Below, piece by piece: positions 1 to 11,471 of a stretch of 64,000 bases of DNA. Origin of the DNA: Gekko japonicus (Eukaryota); NCBI RefSeq assembly GCF_001447785.1, contig NW_015169194.1:730854-794853 (forward strand), read 5' to 3'. A program made the translations under genes and the position numbers. Each line of letters begins with the position of its first letter. Position 1 is the stretch's first letter. The notes under the pieces were generated by a model. That model ran no database searches and was not told the origin of the DNA. It worked only from the letters and a program-made list of their open reading frames with translations.

Positions 1-3000
1 ATAACTTGTCAACAGGACACATCGGTCCAAATACCACAACAAGACTCCTCTGACTTCATAGGACTCAAATACGGAGGCATCTGAGGCTCATACCTCTCCT
101 GACCATAAATCCCCCAACCAGGATGTCGCTGAGGACTTACCCGTATCCCCATCTGGCAACCTTATGTCATACACAGATTTGGTCAAAACAATGGCCCACT
201 CTTTAGGCCTCTCTGTTGTCCAGCAACATCCGTAGGCAACAGAAGCGGTTTATGATATAGTTCAGCTTGATACCTCTTCCACCTTGGCATTGCCTATGTC
301 TTCAGTTTTTCTGCAAACGGCGAAGACACCATGGCTAAAACCTCCGTCTGCCCCTGTGTCCACGAGACGACTGGACCACATGTACAGGGTCCAAGAGGCA
401 GATGCCGAATTCCTCTTCTCGCACCCTCAGCCTAACTCGATGGTGATAACGTCTTCCTCCAAATCCAAGAGGACTCATTCCGCACCTTCTGACAAGGAAG
501 GTAAGAAATTAGATGCCTTTGGCAGGCGCTTCTACTCCATGGGAGCGTTAGGAGTCAAGGCCACTAATTACCTGGCCTGTATGAACCGATATCAATATAC
601 TCTCTGGGAACGGTTCTCAGAACTTCTCAGCCACCTCCCAGATGACAGAGTCATACAAAAAGAAGGCATGGTGTTGGCAAAACAACAGCTCAACACTACT
701 AAACATGTCCTCGAGGTGTCTTACAGAACTATGGCCTCTGCAATAGCTCTCAGAAGACATTCCTGGCTCCGCAACACTAATCTGCCAATAGATACCAGAT
801 CTTATGTGGAAGACCTTACCTTCGATGGCCTGGGGCTTTTCAATGCCACTACGGATTCTACTCTACAAGAGTTAGATAAAAGCATAAAGGCATCTCAAGC
901 TCTAGGAGTCTCATCCTCTGCAAGACAACCAATACCGTCCACGCACCTGGTCGAGGTCCTGGCAGAGGCGTACCCCAACTCATCAGTCTCCAGACACACG
1001 ATGGAGAACAAGACGGGTGGCCAAAAGCCCACCTTCCAGAAACCAAAATTCGGTTCCGGACAACAAGCTTCCCGCACCAAACAATCCAAACCCTCCAAAC
1101 AGGTATATGACACCTAAGAAGATTGCTAATATGAATAGTAATATGTCAAACAAATGCTGGAAATGTAAAAAAGCAGAGGGCTCATTTTATCACATGTGGT
1201 GGACTTGTGAAAAAGCAAAAAAATACTGGGCTGAGATACATGCAGAAATGGAAAAAAATGTAAAATGTAAATTTAAAAAGGAACCGGAGATACTGCTTTT
1301 GTGGCTGAAAATGGAGGGAGTAAATATAGCAATTAGGACATTGATGTGGTATATGATCACAACGGCTAGAATATGATCACAACGGCTAGCTTTGCATTGC
1401 CAAAAACATTTTCCTCATGGCCACTCACATTCCCGGACACATGAACGTGCAGGCAGACCATCTAAGTCGAGCAGGACTCAGCCTTCACGAGTGGGGGATG
1501 AACCCAACATCCCTCCTCCCACTCTTCCACATGTGGGGAGCTCCCCAAGTCGACATCTTTGCCACCAGAAACAACAAAAGGTGTCCTCTGTTCTGCTGTT
1601 GAGGAGGCAGGGATCCACAATCTCTGGGAGATGGTCTCCTTTACCCTTGGTCCACGGGACTTCTTTACCTGTTCCCTCCCTTACCTCTGCTTCTGAGAGT
1701 GGTCTGCAAACTACTCAGAGATGCCGCGGATTGCATCTTACTAACACCATGGTGGCCGAGACAACCTTGGTTTTCAACAGTCCTTGAGCTATCACAAGGA
1801 ATATACCATCAATTCCCTCTGGCTCAGGACCTTCTCCTCCTCCCCGACTCCCCTCTTCTCCATCACAACATACCACAGTTGAAACTGACGGCATGGAGAA
1901 TAACATCACCGGCTTCTCCGCCCACGTAGCGAATGTCCTGTGGAATTCAAGGAAGCCTACTATGCGGAGGTCCTACGATTATAAATGGTGAAGGTTCTGT
2001 TCTTCCCTAGGTGATGATGCCCCTCGAGCCACCTCAGTGGGTCTCGAAAGAGTTTTTCGATTCCTGACTCGGGACTTTCCCATTCATCGTTGAGAGTTTA
2101 TTTGGCCGCTCTTTCGGCCTACCATGTACCAGTTGACGGATGTACTTTTGTTTTCACATCCAATTGCAAAACGTTTTTTAAAAGGTTTATTGCATCTCTA
2201 CCCTCCTGTCAAAACTCCAGTCGCTCCCTGGGACCTTCCTCTAGTTCTCCGCCAGCTCACGAGGAAGCCCTTTGAGCCGCTTGCAACATGCGACCTCAAA
2301 CTTCTAGCATGGAAAACGGCCTTTTTAATTGCCATTACCTTGGCTAGACGAATGGGAGAAATATTAGCTTTCCGGCATGATACCCCTTACCTGTCCTTTC
2401 TGCCAGACGGAGTCCGCCTCGTCCCGGACATCTCCTTCCTGCCGAAGGTAGTGTCAGAGTTCCACCTGCAGGTGGAGGTCTTCCTCCCTGACTTCTTCCC
2501 AAATCCAACATCAGCGGAGAACAAATTATTATACACTTTAGATGTGAAGCGGGCTCTCCTGTTCTACCTCAATAGAACGCACCCAACTAGACGAGACTCA
2601 CAACTATTTGTCTCATATGCTTCACCAAGGCTGGGTACTCGCATCACGGCTCAGCGCCTGTCAAAGTGGATTGTAGGTCTGATCCATCTATGTTACCTAC
2701 TCGGTAAACAGCCATTACCTGTCCCTATCAGAGCTCATTCTACCAGGGCTGTCGCGACTTCCACTGCCTTCCTCCAGGGAGTGCCCTTGCCAGACATTTG
2801 TAAAGCCCCTACGTGGGCCACGCCTAATACCTTCATCAGACACTACGCCTTCGACGTCCGTACGAACACCAGTACCAGCATGGGACATCACATTCTATCT
2901 TCGGCTACGCGGTAAAAAACCTGCCAGCACCCTTCTCCAGGTAGGCTACTGTTCGCTAATCTCCCATGGGTGTGAAGCACAGAGACCATGTCGAAGATAA

Positions 3001-3328
3001 GCAGGTTGCTTACCAGTAACTGGTGATCTTTGAGTGGTCATCTGTGCATTCACACCATCCGCCCTCCTTTCCCGCTGCTGTCAGCTTCTACATTTTTAAT
3101 ACGGGTTGATTTGCGGCGGTTTGAAGGAACTGGTGGGATGTCTGCGCCCACCCCCACTGGGCATGCGCAGTGGGGTTCCTGGGCATGCCCGAGGGACTTG
3201 GTGCGAAAATCCATTAAAAGAGCTTGCTACAGCACTGATCGATCCAGCGCGTGCGCACTGAATCCCATTGGTGTGAATGCACAGATGACCACTCGAAGAT
3301 CACCAGTTACTGGTAAGCAACCTGCTTT
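1..3328 (+). mobile_element. DIRS1-like retrotransposon A (degenerate, 5' end outside window, RT deleted)
   Basis: gag-like ORF 284-1117; RNase H end (HIPGHMNVQADHLSR); methyltransferase-like segment (VDIFAT, TPWWPRQPWF); tyrosine recombinase 2124-2915 (RAHSTRA, FIRHY); 2999-3057 is the reverse complement of terminal 3269-3327. Confidence 0.9.
1102..1390 (+). mobile_element. L1 ORF2 C-terminal Cys-rich (zinc-knuckle) fragment inside DIRS A
   Basis: YMTPKK...KCWKCKKAEGSFYHMWWTCEKAKKYW; 20-bp tandem duplication at the right junction. Confidence 0.8.
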
Positions 3329-3350
3329 TGTCAGTGAAAGTAGGGTTCTT

Positions 3351-4033
3351 TTTTTTTTATGGCCCCCGTAGGGGATTTTTTATTTGCATTTACTAAAAAC
3401 TACAACAAAATTAGGGAGGGAATCTACACACTATAGGAGAAAGAAAAGAAAACCCACTAAAAACCCAAGGGTTGGAGGTCACATACAGCTTGTAAAAAAT
3501 TTGCTTAACAATAATAAAAAGCTTTCTTTAACATTGAGAGTGATCAATCATCATCATAGCTTGTAAAAACATCCCAACAAATCTGACTATATGAAGAGTA
3601 GTCCAGGAGAATTGCTATTTAACTTAGACACAAATTACAGAGAACAATGGCATCTCATTTAACCATTATTTTCCCCTCCACCATTAAAAGCAAATTAACA
3701 ATAAGTCTCCCTCAGTAGATATTACACAATCTCATTTTCTGTTCCATTGCTGTTTCCCTCTTTCTTCTTCCCTGTGGCACCATCTGGCCATCTCAAAACA
3801 AAGTCCCTTCTCCTTTTTCAAGGACTGTTACGCTTAAATTCTTGCCTTCAATCATAGGGGTTGTTCCAATTTGCTTTTCACTGCCCGACTTGAAGAGAGT
3901 CTCGTCACCTTATTGCCTAGCAGACTTAATCAGGATATAACCATGGAGGATACTCCTTCGCTTTAAGCCTCGCTTATGGTCTGCATACAGGCCCTTCAAA
4001 TTGCAAATGCCCATTTGACTCTCCTCTTCGATC
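3351..4033 (-). mobile_element. 5'-truncated polyadenylated non-LTR insertion (L1-mobilised type)
   Basis: 14-bp TSD aaagtagggttctt (3337-3350 / 4034-4047); poly-T at left; AATAAA on minus strand. Confidence 0.85.
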
Positions 4034-4080
4034 AAAGTAGGGTTCTTGAGCACAATAACAATTTCCCTTCATTCTGATAG

Positions 4081-4207
4081 ATACGGATTTGGGCTCAGAA
4101 AGACGCAATTATGAATGGATGTGCTGACTATGCCTTAAATATCACTGGACCAGTCTTTTCATTTATGGAAGGCTTTTTAAACATTACTTATCCTCTTTCA
4201 AAAACAG
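4081..4207 (+). CDS. LVRN: Laeverin/aminopeptidase Q, first in-window coding exon (~exon 4)
   Basis: ctgatag|ATA...; IRIWAQKDAIMNGCADYALNITGPVFSFMEGFLNITYPLSKT resembles LVRN; GC donor CAG|gcaagt, phase 1. Confidence 0.9.
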
Positions 4208-4679
4208 GCAAGTTGATCTGATTTTATTAAAAGCTATGTTCAAAAATGATTACAAAAATTGTGGGGGTATTTTAGAGTGCAAAAAATGCATCCTTGGAAA
4301 TGCTGTTTTATCTTTTTGTTGCTTATTTTAGAACTTACAAAAGGTTTGCATAATAGCTGTGTGGTTTGTTATGGTGTCAGCCAGCAAGCGGTATCTTTCT
4401 GGGCAGTGTACGTATACTACCTCCAAGTAGATTATTACCTCCACAAGCTTACTAGTTAGTCCCTTAAATGTGCCCCAAAAAGTTTTGTTTATTTATTTAT
4501 TTAGCTGCTGACTGGTTGTTCCTGGAATCTTTCTTATGTAGCAGTCTGTCACCTTTCTTTTTCTTACTTAAACATTTCACTTTTTACAATCACTTTCCTC
4601 TGAAACACTTTTAAAAATGTTTTGAAGCACATCTAATTCCTGTAGTCCTTTTCTCTTTCTGCATTATCTCACATGATAA

Positions 4680-5100
4680 GCGCCGTGCCATTGCCTATGC
4701 CTCAGTTCTCCCTCCTCTCTACCATATAACCAGCCTGTTCCTTTCCACTGGCTCCTTCCTTGCTCCATCAAGCATGCCATTCTTTTCCTAATTCTCAGAC
4801 TGCCATGTTTTTACTCATTCTTCCTCTTCAGCTACCGTCTGCTTTCCCTTTTACCCTTTGCCTCCAAACTCCATGACCTTATTCACATCATCTCAACATT
4901 CTCTCTTTCTTTCTTGACCCTCCGCAATCTGGCTTCTATCTAATCCTCTGCACTCCACAAAAACTGCCGTCTGCAAAAACACTGATGATTTGCTGCCTTT
5001 GATACCAGTGATCATTCCTTCCTGCTTGATTTCTGTCCCATCCTAAGTTTTTGTAACTATTCTCAGCTGATTCTCTTCCGTTCTGACAACTTGTTCATTC
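4680..5100 (+). mobile_element. Old L2/CR1-type RT fragment
   Basis: Degenerate YR..LLPF.SKL / LDP.QSGF / HSTKTA motifs. Confidence 0.5.
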
Positions 5101-5147
5101 AAAGTTTCTTCCTTATGGAAATTAAGCCCAAGTACCTGTAAGAAGGG

Positions 5148-6228
5148 CAGGGGTCTTTTGGGGCCAGAGCGCGCCAGAGTGCCACTCCGGGAGCCCAGGA
5201 GCTGGCAAAATGGCGATGGCAGCAAGCCCCGCCCCCAGCTCTTCCCGCGACAGCCTGTCGCCGGCCTTCCGGGGCCCACACTTTAGCGCTGCGGCCCCGG
5301 GGACGCCTGTCGCTGCCTTCTCGGGGCCCGCGCTGGAGCACTGCTGCCCAGAGGAGGCAAGGAGTGCCCTCCCCGCGACCTCCCTGGGCCAGCGCCGGAG
5401 CGCTGCTGCCCAGAGGAGGCCAGGAGAGCCCCCCGCCTCCCTGGGCCAGTGCCGAAGCGCTGCTGCCCAGAGGACGCCAGGAGAGCCCCCCCCGCTGCTT
5501 CCCTGGGTCAGCGCCGGAGCGCTGCTGCCCAGAGGAGGCCAGGAGAGCCCCCCGCCTCCCTGGGCCAGTGCCGAAGCGCTGCTGCCCAGAGGACGCCAGG
5601 AGAGCCCCCCCCGCTGCTTCCCTGGGTCAGCGCCGGAGCGCTGCTGCCCAGAGGAGGCCAGGAGAGCCCCCCGCCTCCCTGGGCCAGTGCCGAAGCGCTG
5701 CTGCCCAGAGGACGCCAGGAGAGCCCCCCCCGCTGCTTCCCTGGGTCAGCGCCGGAGCGCTGCTGCCCAGAGGAGGCCAGGAGAGCCCCCCGCCTCCCTG
5801 GGCCAGTGCCGAAGCGCTGCTGCCCAGAGGACGCCAGGAGAGCCCCCCCCGCTGCTTCCCTGGGTCAGCGCCGGAGCGCTGCTGCCCAGAGGAGGCCAGG
5901 AGAGCCCCCCGCCTCCCTTTCCTTCCTTCGTTCCTTCTCTCTACTCTTTCTCTCTCTCTTTCCTTCCTTCTTTCCTCCTCCTGCGGCCCAACTCTAGTGA
6001 GAACTCTAGTTCTTTCTTCGCTTCCCCCCCCCGTCTCCCCCTGCTAGGGAAGGGGAGGCTTTTGAAGATGCCTTCCCCCCCCTTTTGCTTCCCCTTCTGA
6101 CATAACTTCTGGTGATGTCAGGGGGCGTTGCATATGCTAATGAGCTATTATGTTAATAGCCTAGTAGCTCGTTAGCATACTATATGCTAATGAGCTCCTG
6201 CAGCTCTTTTTCTACGAAAAGACCTCTG
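5148..6228. mobile_element. Non-autonomous hAT element
   Basis: TIRs caggggtctttt / aaaagacctctg; perfect 8-bp TSD aagaaggg (5140-5147, 6229-6236). Confidence 0.9.
5330..5917. repeat. GC-rich minisatellite, 119-bp dimer (57+62), about 4.5 near-identical copies
   Basis: cgctgctgcccagaggaggcc recurs at 5401, 5520, 5639, 5758, 5877. Confidence 0.95.
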
Positions 6229-6254
6229 AAGAAGGGTGAATGGATCAAGTTTCC

Positions 6255-6445
6255 TCATGATGAATCAAACCATTGGTCTGTTGAATTCAGCCTTGTGTAC
6301 TCATATTGGCAGAGGCTCTTCAGAGTTTCAGGCAGTCGTCTTTCACATCATCTAATACCTGATCCTGTTATCTGGAGATGCCTGGGATTGCAATAGGGAC
6401 CTTCTACATGCAAACCAGACACTCTGCTACTGAGCCCCAGCCCTA
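6255..6445 (-). mobile_element. tRNA-derived SINE (Squam2-like)
   Basis: Minus-strand ggggctcagtagcagag head; similar to the copy at 27070-27282. Confidence 0.6.
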
Positions 6446-6702
6446 ACCCTGTGCATTCTTCCCTGTTTATCTCCATGTCCAACTCCATTCCTTTGTTTTC
6501 TCCCTTATGGCAAATTTTAAACTTCTCGGGGCAGGGGCTTGTAGTCAGTAGAACACCATGTGTATTGAGGGTACTGCATAAATAAATAATAAAATCCCAT
6601 GAGCAAAAGCTCCCAGATTTTGGGATATGGTGGTCTAAGCCAAGAGTATATTAATATTGAAACTAAAGACACTTTTCCCCCCTTATGTTTAAACCAATTT
6701 AG

Positions 6703-6857
6703 ATCTGATTGCGCTTCCTCATTTGGAAGCAGGTGCTATGGAAAACTGGGGGCTAATGACTTTCCAGGAAGAATTGTTACTATATTGCCCACAAGATAAA
6801 TTCACAGGAAAAAAAACTATGATTCGCCAGACTGTTTGCCATGAAGTAGTCCACCAG
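6703..6857 (+). CDS. LVRN: LVRN catalytic exon (~exon 5), GAMEN and HEXXH
   Basis: tttag|AT; DLIALPHLEAGAMENWGLMTFQEELLLYCPQDKFTGKKTMIRQTVCHEVVHQ; donor CAG|gcatgt required by frame. Confidence 0.93.
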
Positions 6858-7219
6858 GCATGTGGTAAAATGTTCAGTACTTTATTTATTTAAAGTATTT
6901 TTATCTTGTGCCTTTAACAACAAGAGAACAGTTCTAATGTTCTGTAGCCAATTGTTTTAACTAATGAAATGTAATAAAAATGAGTCCTGGCATAAGGCAA
7001 GAGAAGACAATCAAGTATTCTTGTAACATCATTCCGTTTCATAGAAGCACTGTGAACAATTTTAACAGACTTTCAGCAGATTTTTCACTGAAAAATGTAA
7101 TTACATGTATTACATTTACTAATGAATGATATGGGTTTTTTTTTCTTTCTGGCAAACCATTAGATACTTTAGCCTTCCAGTGTTAAGAATAAGTTTTGCT
7201 TATCGGTACAGTGTTAGTT

Positions 7220-7437
7220 CTCCTGCCAACCTAGAAATTGCAAGTAGATAAATAGGTACCACTTCAGTGGGAAGGTAACAGCGTTCCATGTGCCTTGGTG
7301 TTTAATCCTGCCGGCCACATGACTATGGAAACGTCTTCGGACAGCGCTGGCTCTTCGGCTTTGAAACGGAGATGAGCACTGCAACCCTCGAGTCAGATTC
7401 GACTGGCTTTCGAGCAAGGGAACCTTTACCTTTACTT
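7220..7437 (+). mobile_element. Sauria SINE, 5'-truncated
   Basis: (ACCTTT)n tail; 13-bp TSD tacagtgttagtt. Confidence 0.85.
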
Positions 7438-8174
7438 TACAGTGTTAGTTGTCTCCTTGCCCTTCTTGTCATAACAGCCCCCAACCTCATAACGAACCAA
7501 AGTATGGTGTTATGCATTTTTCTGTTGCTTCTATAAAAAAGAAAAAAGTACATATCTTGTCACATTATTAAAAAATGCTATTCTGAACACCACAAGCAGT
7601 AAACAGTTTTGTACAAAAGTGATTTTCACATATATGACCTTCATATAGCCACTATCATAAGACATTTGCACTGACAACTTCAGGTCCCAGATCCTGTAGG
7701 ACAGTTGTCCTTAACCATTTTACTCACCCCAAATATACAGCTACAGCCTTCTAAGCCCATAATGAATTGCCTTGCTGGTTCAGACTGAGACCTGGGTTTC
7801 TGCTTCCAGTCGTGGTAAGACAGGTCTCCTGGCAGCTCACAAGCAGGCCATGAAGGTGATGGTTTCCCCTTCTTGCTTATCCCTGGCGGCCTTTATATCT
7901 TTCAATTTGCCTAACCCTTAAAAAAAAAGAGAGTCATATTGTATGTTAATGAATTCCATTACTTAATTATTAACCCTCTCTTCACCACTCCACTGAGGCA
8001 CATACTAGTTTTATTTTGGGTGAATGCAGTGTACATGTATAGGTCTGATAAGCAATGTTCTTATGTGCTGGTTGGCAAAACAAGCCTGGTACAGAATTTT
8101 AACTTAGAAACTTTCATAAATAGTGTGACAAATGTAGACTAATTTGGCTAGTAAACTTGCATCTAATTTAATCT

Positions 8175-8265
8175 AACAAAGTTAGAGTCCAGTGGCACCT
8201 TTAAGTCCAACGAAGTTTTATTCAAAGTATGAGCTTTTGTGTGCAAGGCACACTTCCTCAGATGC
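8175..8265 (-). mobile_element. Penelope-like pLTR fragment
   Basis: gagtccagtggcacctttaag motif shared with 15110, 29140 and 31341; hammerhead-like core on minus strand. Confidence 0.65.
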
Positions 8266-8513
8266 CCACCTGGACCTAATTTAATCTGTTCAATTTAATG
8301 TCTTAAATGATTTTTACCCTCTTATTTTGCAACAGCAGCTGGGTCTTAAATCAGGTTAGGCAAATAGGCATAGAAAATAACCAGAAGGGGGAGGAAGAAA
8401 AAGGGATTAGAAGCGGGAGGGTAGCGTTTTAACATTTGCTTAGCTAGAGTCTGTTTTTGCTAAAGACATACAAAGAAGTAGTACTTAATGATAACTTATA
8501 AAATACTATCTAT

Positions 8514-8550
<37 letters not shown>

Positions 8551-9128
8551 CAAATTTAATGTTAGCATAGAAAACTATAATGACTGTACAAATCGTCAGA
8601 CATATATCAGATTATGGTAAACTATAAACTGCCATATAATGTATAATATGCCAATGTCAGATGAAGCTATTTTCCTGTACTGTTTTATCATTGATTTGTC
8701 ATTTTCATTTTGGTAAGTACAAGTTAAGTTAAACATGTTTTATGTCTAGAAAAAATATTAGAAATTATAAGTGTTTATAATTTCAGAAGGGCTGCATTAC
8801 AAGTCTTGCTATGACATTCTTCATAAATAAGTGCCTCTTCTAAATTCAAATACAAGTAGTGGGAGAATTATGCACGGCTGTGTTATAAAAACATAGTCTC
8901 TTTCCTTTTAAATGCTGACTTTTACCTTTTGTGGCTTTTCTTCTTTTTTATATATAACTTTTTGTGGCTTTTCTAAAGGAGCATCTTCCAGCTACTAAAT
9001 TCCCACCAACAGGAAGGTATTACAGCACTCCCTTTTTTATGCATATTAATTAAAATCTTGAATTAGTCTCTTGCCTATAGGATCATGACAATTGTTTGAA
9101 AGAATATGTTCTTCCTTTCCTATTTAAG

Positions 9129-9242
9129 TGGTTTGGAAACCTGGTTACCATGGATTGGTGGAATGACATATGGCTTAATGAGGGATTTGCCACTTACTTT
9201 GAATATCTGTGTTCATACTACATTGAACCCAATGTGCCTCTG
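9129..9242 (+). CDS. LVRN: LVRN exon (~6), third zinc ligand
   Basis: [38 protein letters not shown]; completes HEVVH-x18-E; ag/gtaggt. Confidence 0.95.
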
Positions 9243-10439
9243 GTAGGTGTGAATTTAAATTATTAGCATTTTTCGCATACTTACCCCCCTGTTATGTAAT
9301 TTAGTTGTCACTCCCTTGAAATACGTGGAAGCTGTAAAGTGGTGTCTCCAATTTTTAGAAGGTCCTCTGTCGAAATATCCTGTATGGGCGGGCTCCTTCC
9401 TGCCCGTGAGGTTGGGCCTAATCCCCACTGTCAATTGGAGGGAGTATGAGGGGGTAGGTAGTACCTGCTGCTCCTCCCTCATGGCTCCTGTTACTGATTG
9501 CTTGTTCATGTTGTTGGGATCAGTGAAAGAATCAAGAGGCATCAGGTCCAGGAGATCAGTAGTGGGCCTCTTTCTGGGATATGGGTCTTAGCAACTGCTC
9601 AGCAATACCAGTTGTGAATGCTAGTGCTGGAGCTGTACTACTAATTTAGGATTAGACCCTAAATGACATAAATGTAGACATAGGGCCTCAGATTACTTTG
9701 CATTTGTAGTAATGCCAATGTTTCTTTTCTGTATCATTTTTTTAATAAAAGGCATTTGCACGGGACAGATGCAGTAGACTGGTTTATAGTGCTGTGCTTA
9801 TCTGTAGTTATTTCAGTTTGATGAAAACTTATTTATAAGCCTAGCAACCCATACATTGAATTCATGGGATATCATGATATTTAATAGTCAGCCTGTTCCC
9901 ATCTGCAAATACTTAAATCCATGGATCAGGGCCAGGGAGACAAGGGAAATCCTTCAACAAACTTGGGGGATTCCCCAGGTTTGCAAAAAAAATAATAATT
10001 TGAGAAGTTTAAAAACATGATGTGGTGTTACAGAACCTCAAAACAAAGGAACAAGTTGTCTGTGCGGGCACAGGCAATGTAAGGTTGCTGGCCATGGGGA
10101 GGGGAGGAGTCGTCAGGTGACCTTGTGCACCCTAATGCAGCTCATCCTTTTCCCCCTCTAGAGAACAGTGGGTCAGGAGAAGCAGTGAGAACTACTCCAC
10201 CAAAGTGGTGGTGCTGCTGACAGGTGAAGAGGAGCAGAAGCCACTGCTGCCTGTCTTCAGCCTGCCAGGTGGGTGGGCAGGGGGAGGACCTTAGACCCAC
10301 CACCTTCTCTCTCTGCCTAACCTATCTCATAGGGTTTTTGTTGTGAGGTTAAAATGGAGGAAAGGAGAATGTTGTTGTAAGCAGCTGCTTTAAGTTGGGA
10401 AGAAAAGTGGGGTATAAATATCTGAATAAATATCGGATT

Positions 10440-10950
10440 GGAGTTTGAATAAATAGATGAGCCCAAGGTGGTATAGCTGGGTCCTATAATAGTCTAGCTT
10501 GAGTGTATATGGTTTGTTGCAGGGTCTGATAGTCAGTGATGTTCTATTGTTATCTCTTTGGGGCCTCTCTTGTGATAGGGTATTTTGTATGTTTACCAGT
10601 TTTGTACAGTTCTGTACCAGTTCAGCCTTTAAACCTCCATGTCCCCGTACGCCCCTGGGCCCTGCCATTGACTCGGGGAGGGGAAGGGTGGTCTCAATTT
10701 TCTTGCCGCTTGCAAGCTACCCCAGCATCCTGCCACCTCTCCATCCCCACCCGGCCCCACAAATGGCGGGCTGCGTTGACTTGAGCCCTTCCTGCTTGTT
10801 GCAGGGTCTGATAGTCAGTGGTGTTCTATTGTTATCTCTTTGGGGCCTCTCTTGTGGTAGGGTATTTTGTATGTGTACCAGTTCTGTACTCCTTAGAGTA
10901 CCTGTTTGAAAATCCTTCAGGTGTGAGTTACCGTTTAAGGAACTGGAGCA
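10440..10950 (-). mobile_element. Penelope-like deleted coding fragment with ~93-bp direct duplication
   Basis: RPQRDNNRT(S/P)LTIRPCNKP-like text; 10514-10606 repeated at 10796-10890. Confidence 0.55.
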
Positions 10951-11113
10951 AATGTGGTTGTAATACAGTGTTCAGTTGTAGGCAGTAGAGAGGTAAAATT
11001 TCCAGAAATATTGAAGCCATGGGGAAAAAGTCCCCAGCCCATTCCCCCCCCCAGGGGAAAATGGAAGTTTGGGGGGAAATTTAAATATATGCAATACTTA
11101 CTGTTGTATCAAA

Positions 11114-11471
11114 TCTATATATCTAATAGCCAAGTTGCCCCCCTGGTGTGCGGATACTTATTTACGCACATTGGGGGCACCTGGAGGGGAGGGAGAGTTT
11201 TGTGCACATGTGGGGCGGTCCCCAGGTGTGCACAAAAATCTAAAAACGCGATAAAAATATTGGGGGATACTTAAATCCCCCCAAAAGCTTCGGAGCCTGG
11301 CGGGGGGCGGGAAGAGAGCCAAGGGGGGGAGATCGAGGGGGGGATGGGAGGTGGAGCAGATGGGGGGAACCGGCAGGATGGGGGAGAACTTACTTCCTGC
11401 TGCTGCTTCCTCCTCTGCTTCAGAAGTGTGGAGCTCTCCCCCCCCGCGAGTATCGCGGGTCCCGCCTCTTG
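11114..11471 (+). mobile_element. Non-autonomous Helitron-like element
   Basis: A|TCTATATATCTAATAG start; hairpin cccgcga-gta-tcgcggg; CTTG|T end; no TSD. Confidence 0.75.

Noticed and set aside
2124-2915. Phage integrase / bacterial contamination
   Set aside because: It is the DIRS tyrosine recombinase in context, with an upstream in-frame stop.
5210-6100. Three long overlapping ORFs (182-296 aa)
   Set aside because: Stop-free GC minisatellite with a period not divisible by 3, inside a hAT element.
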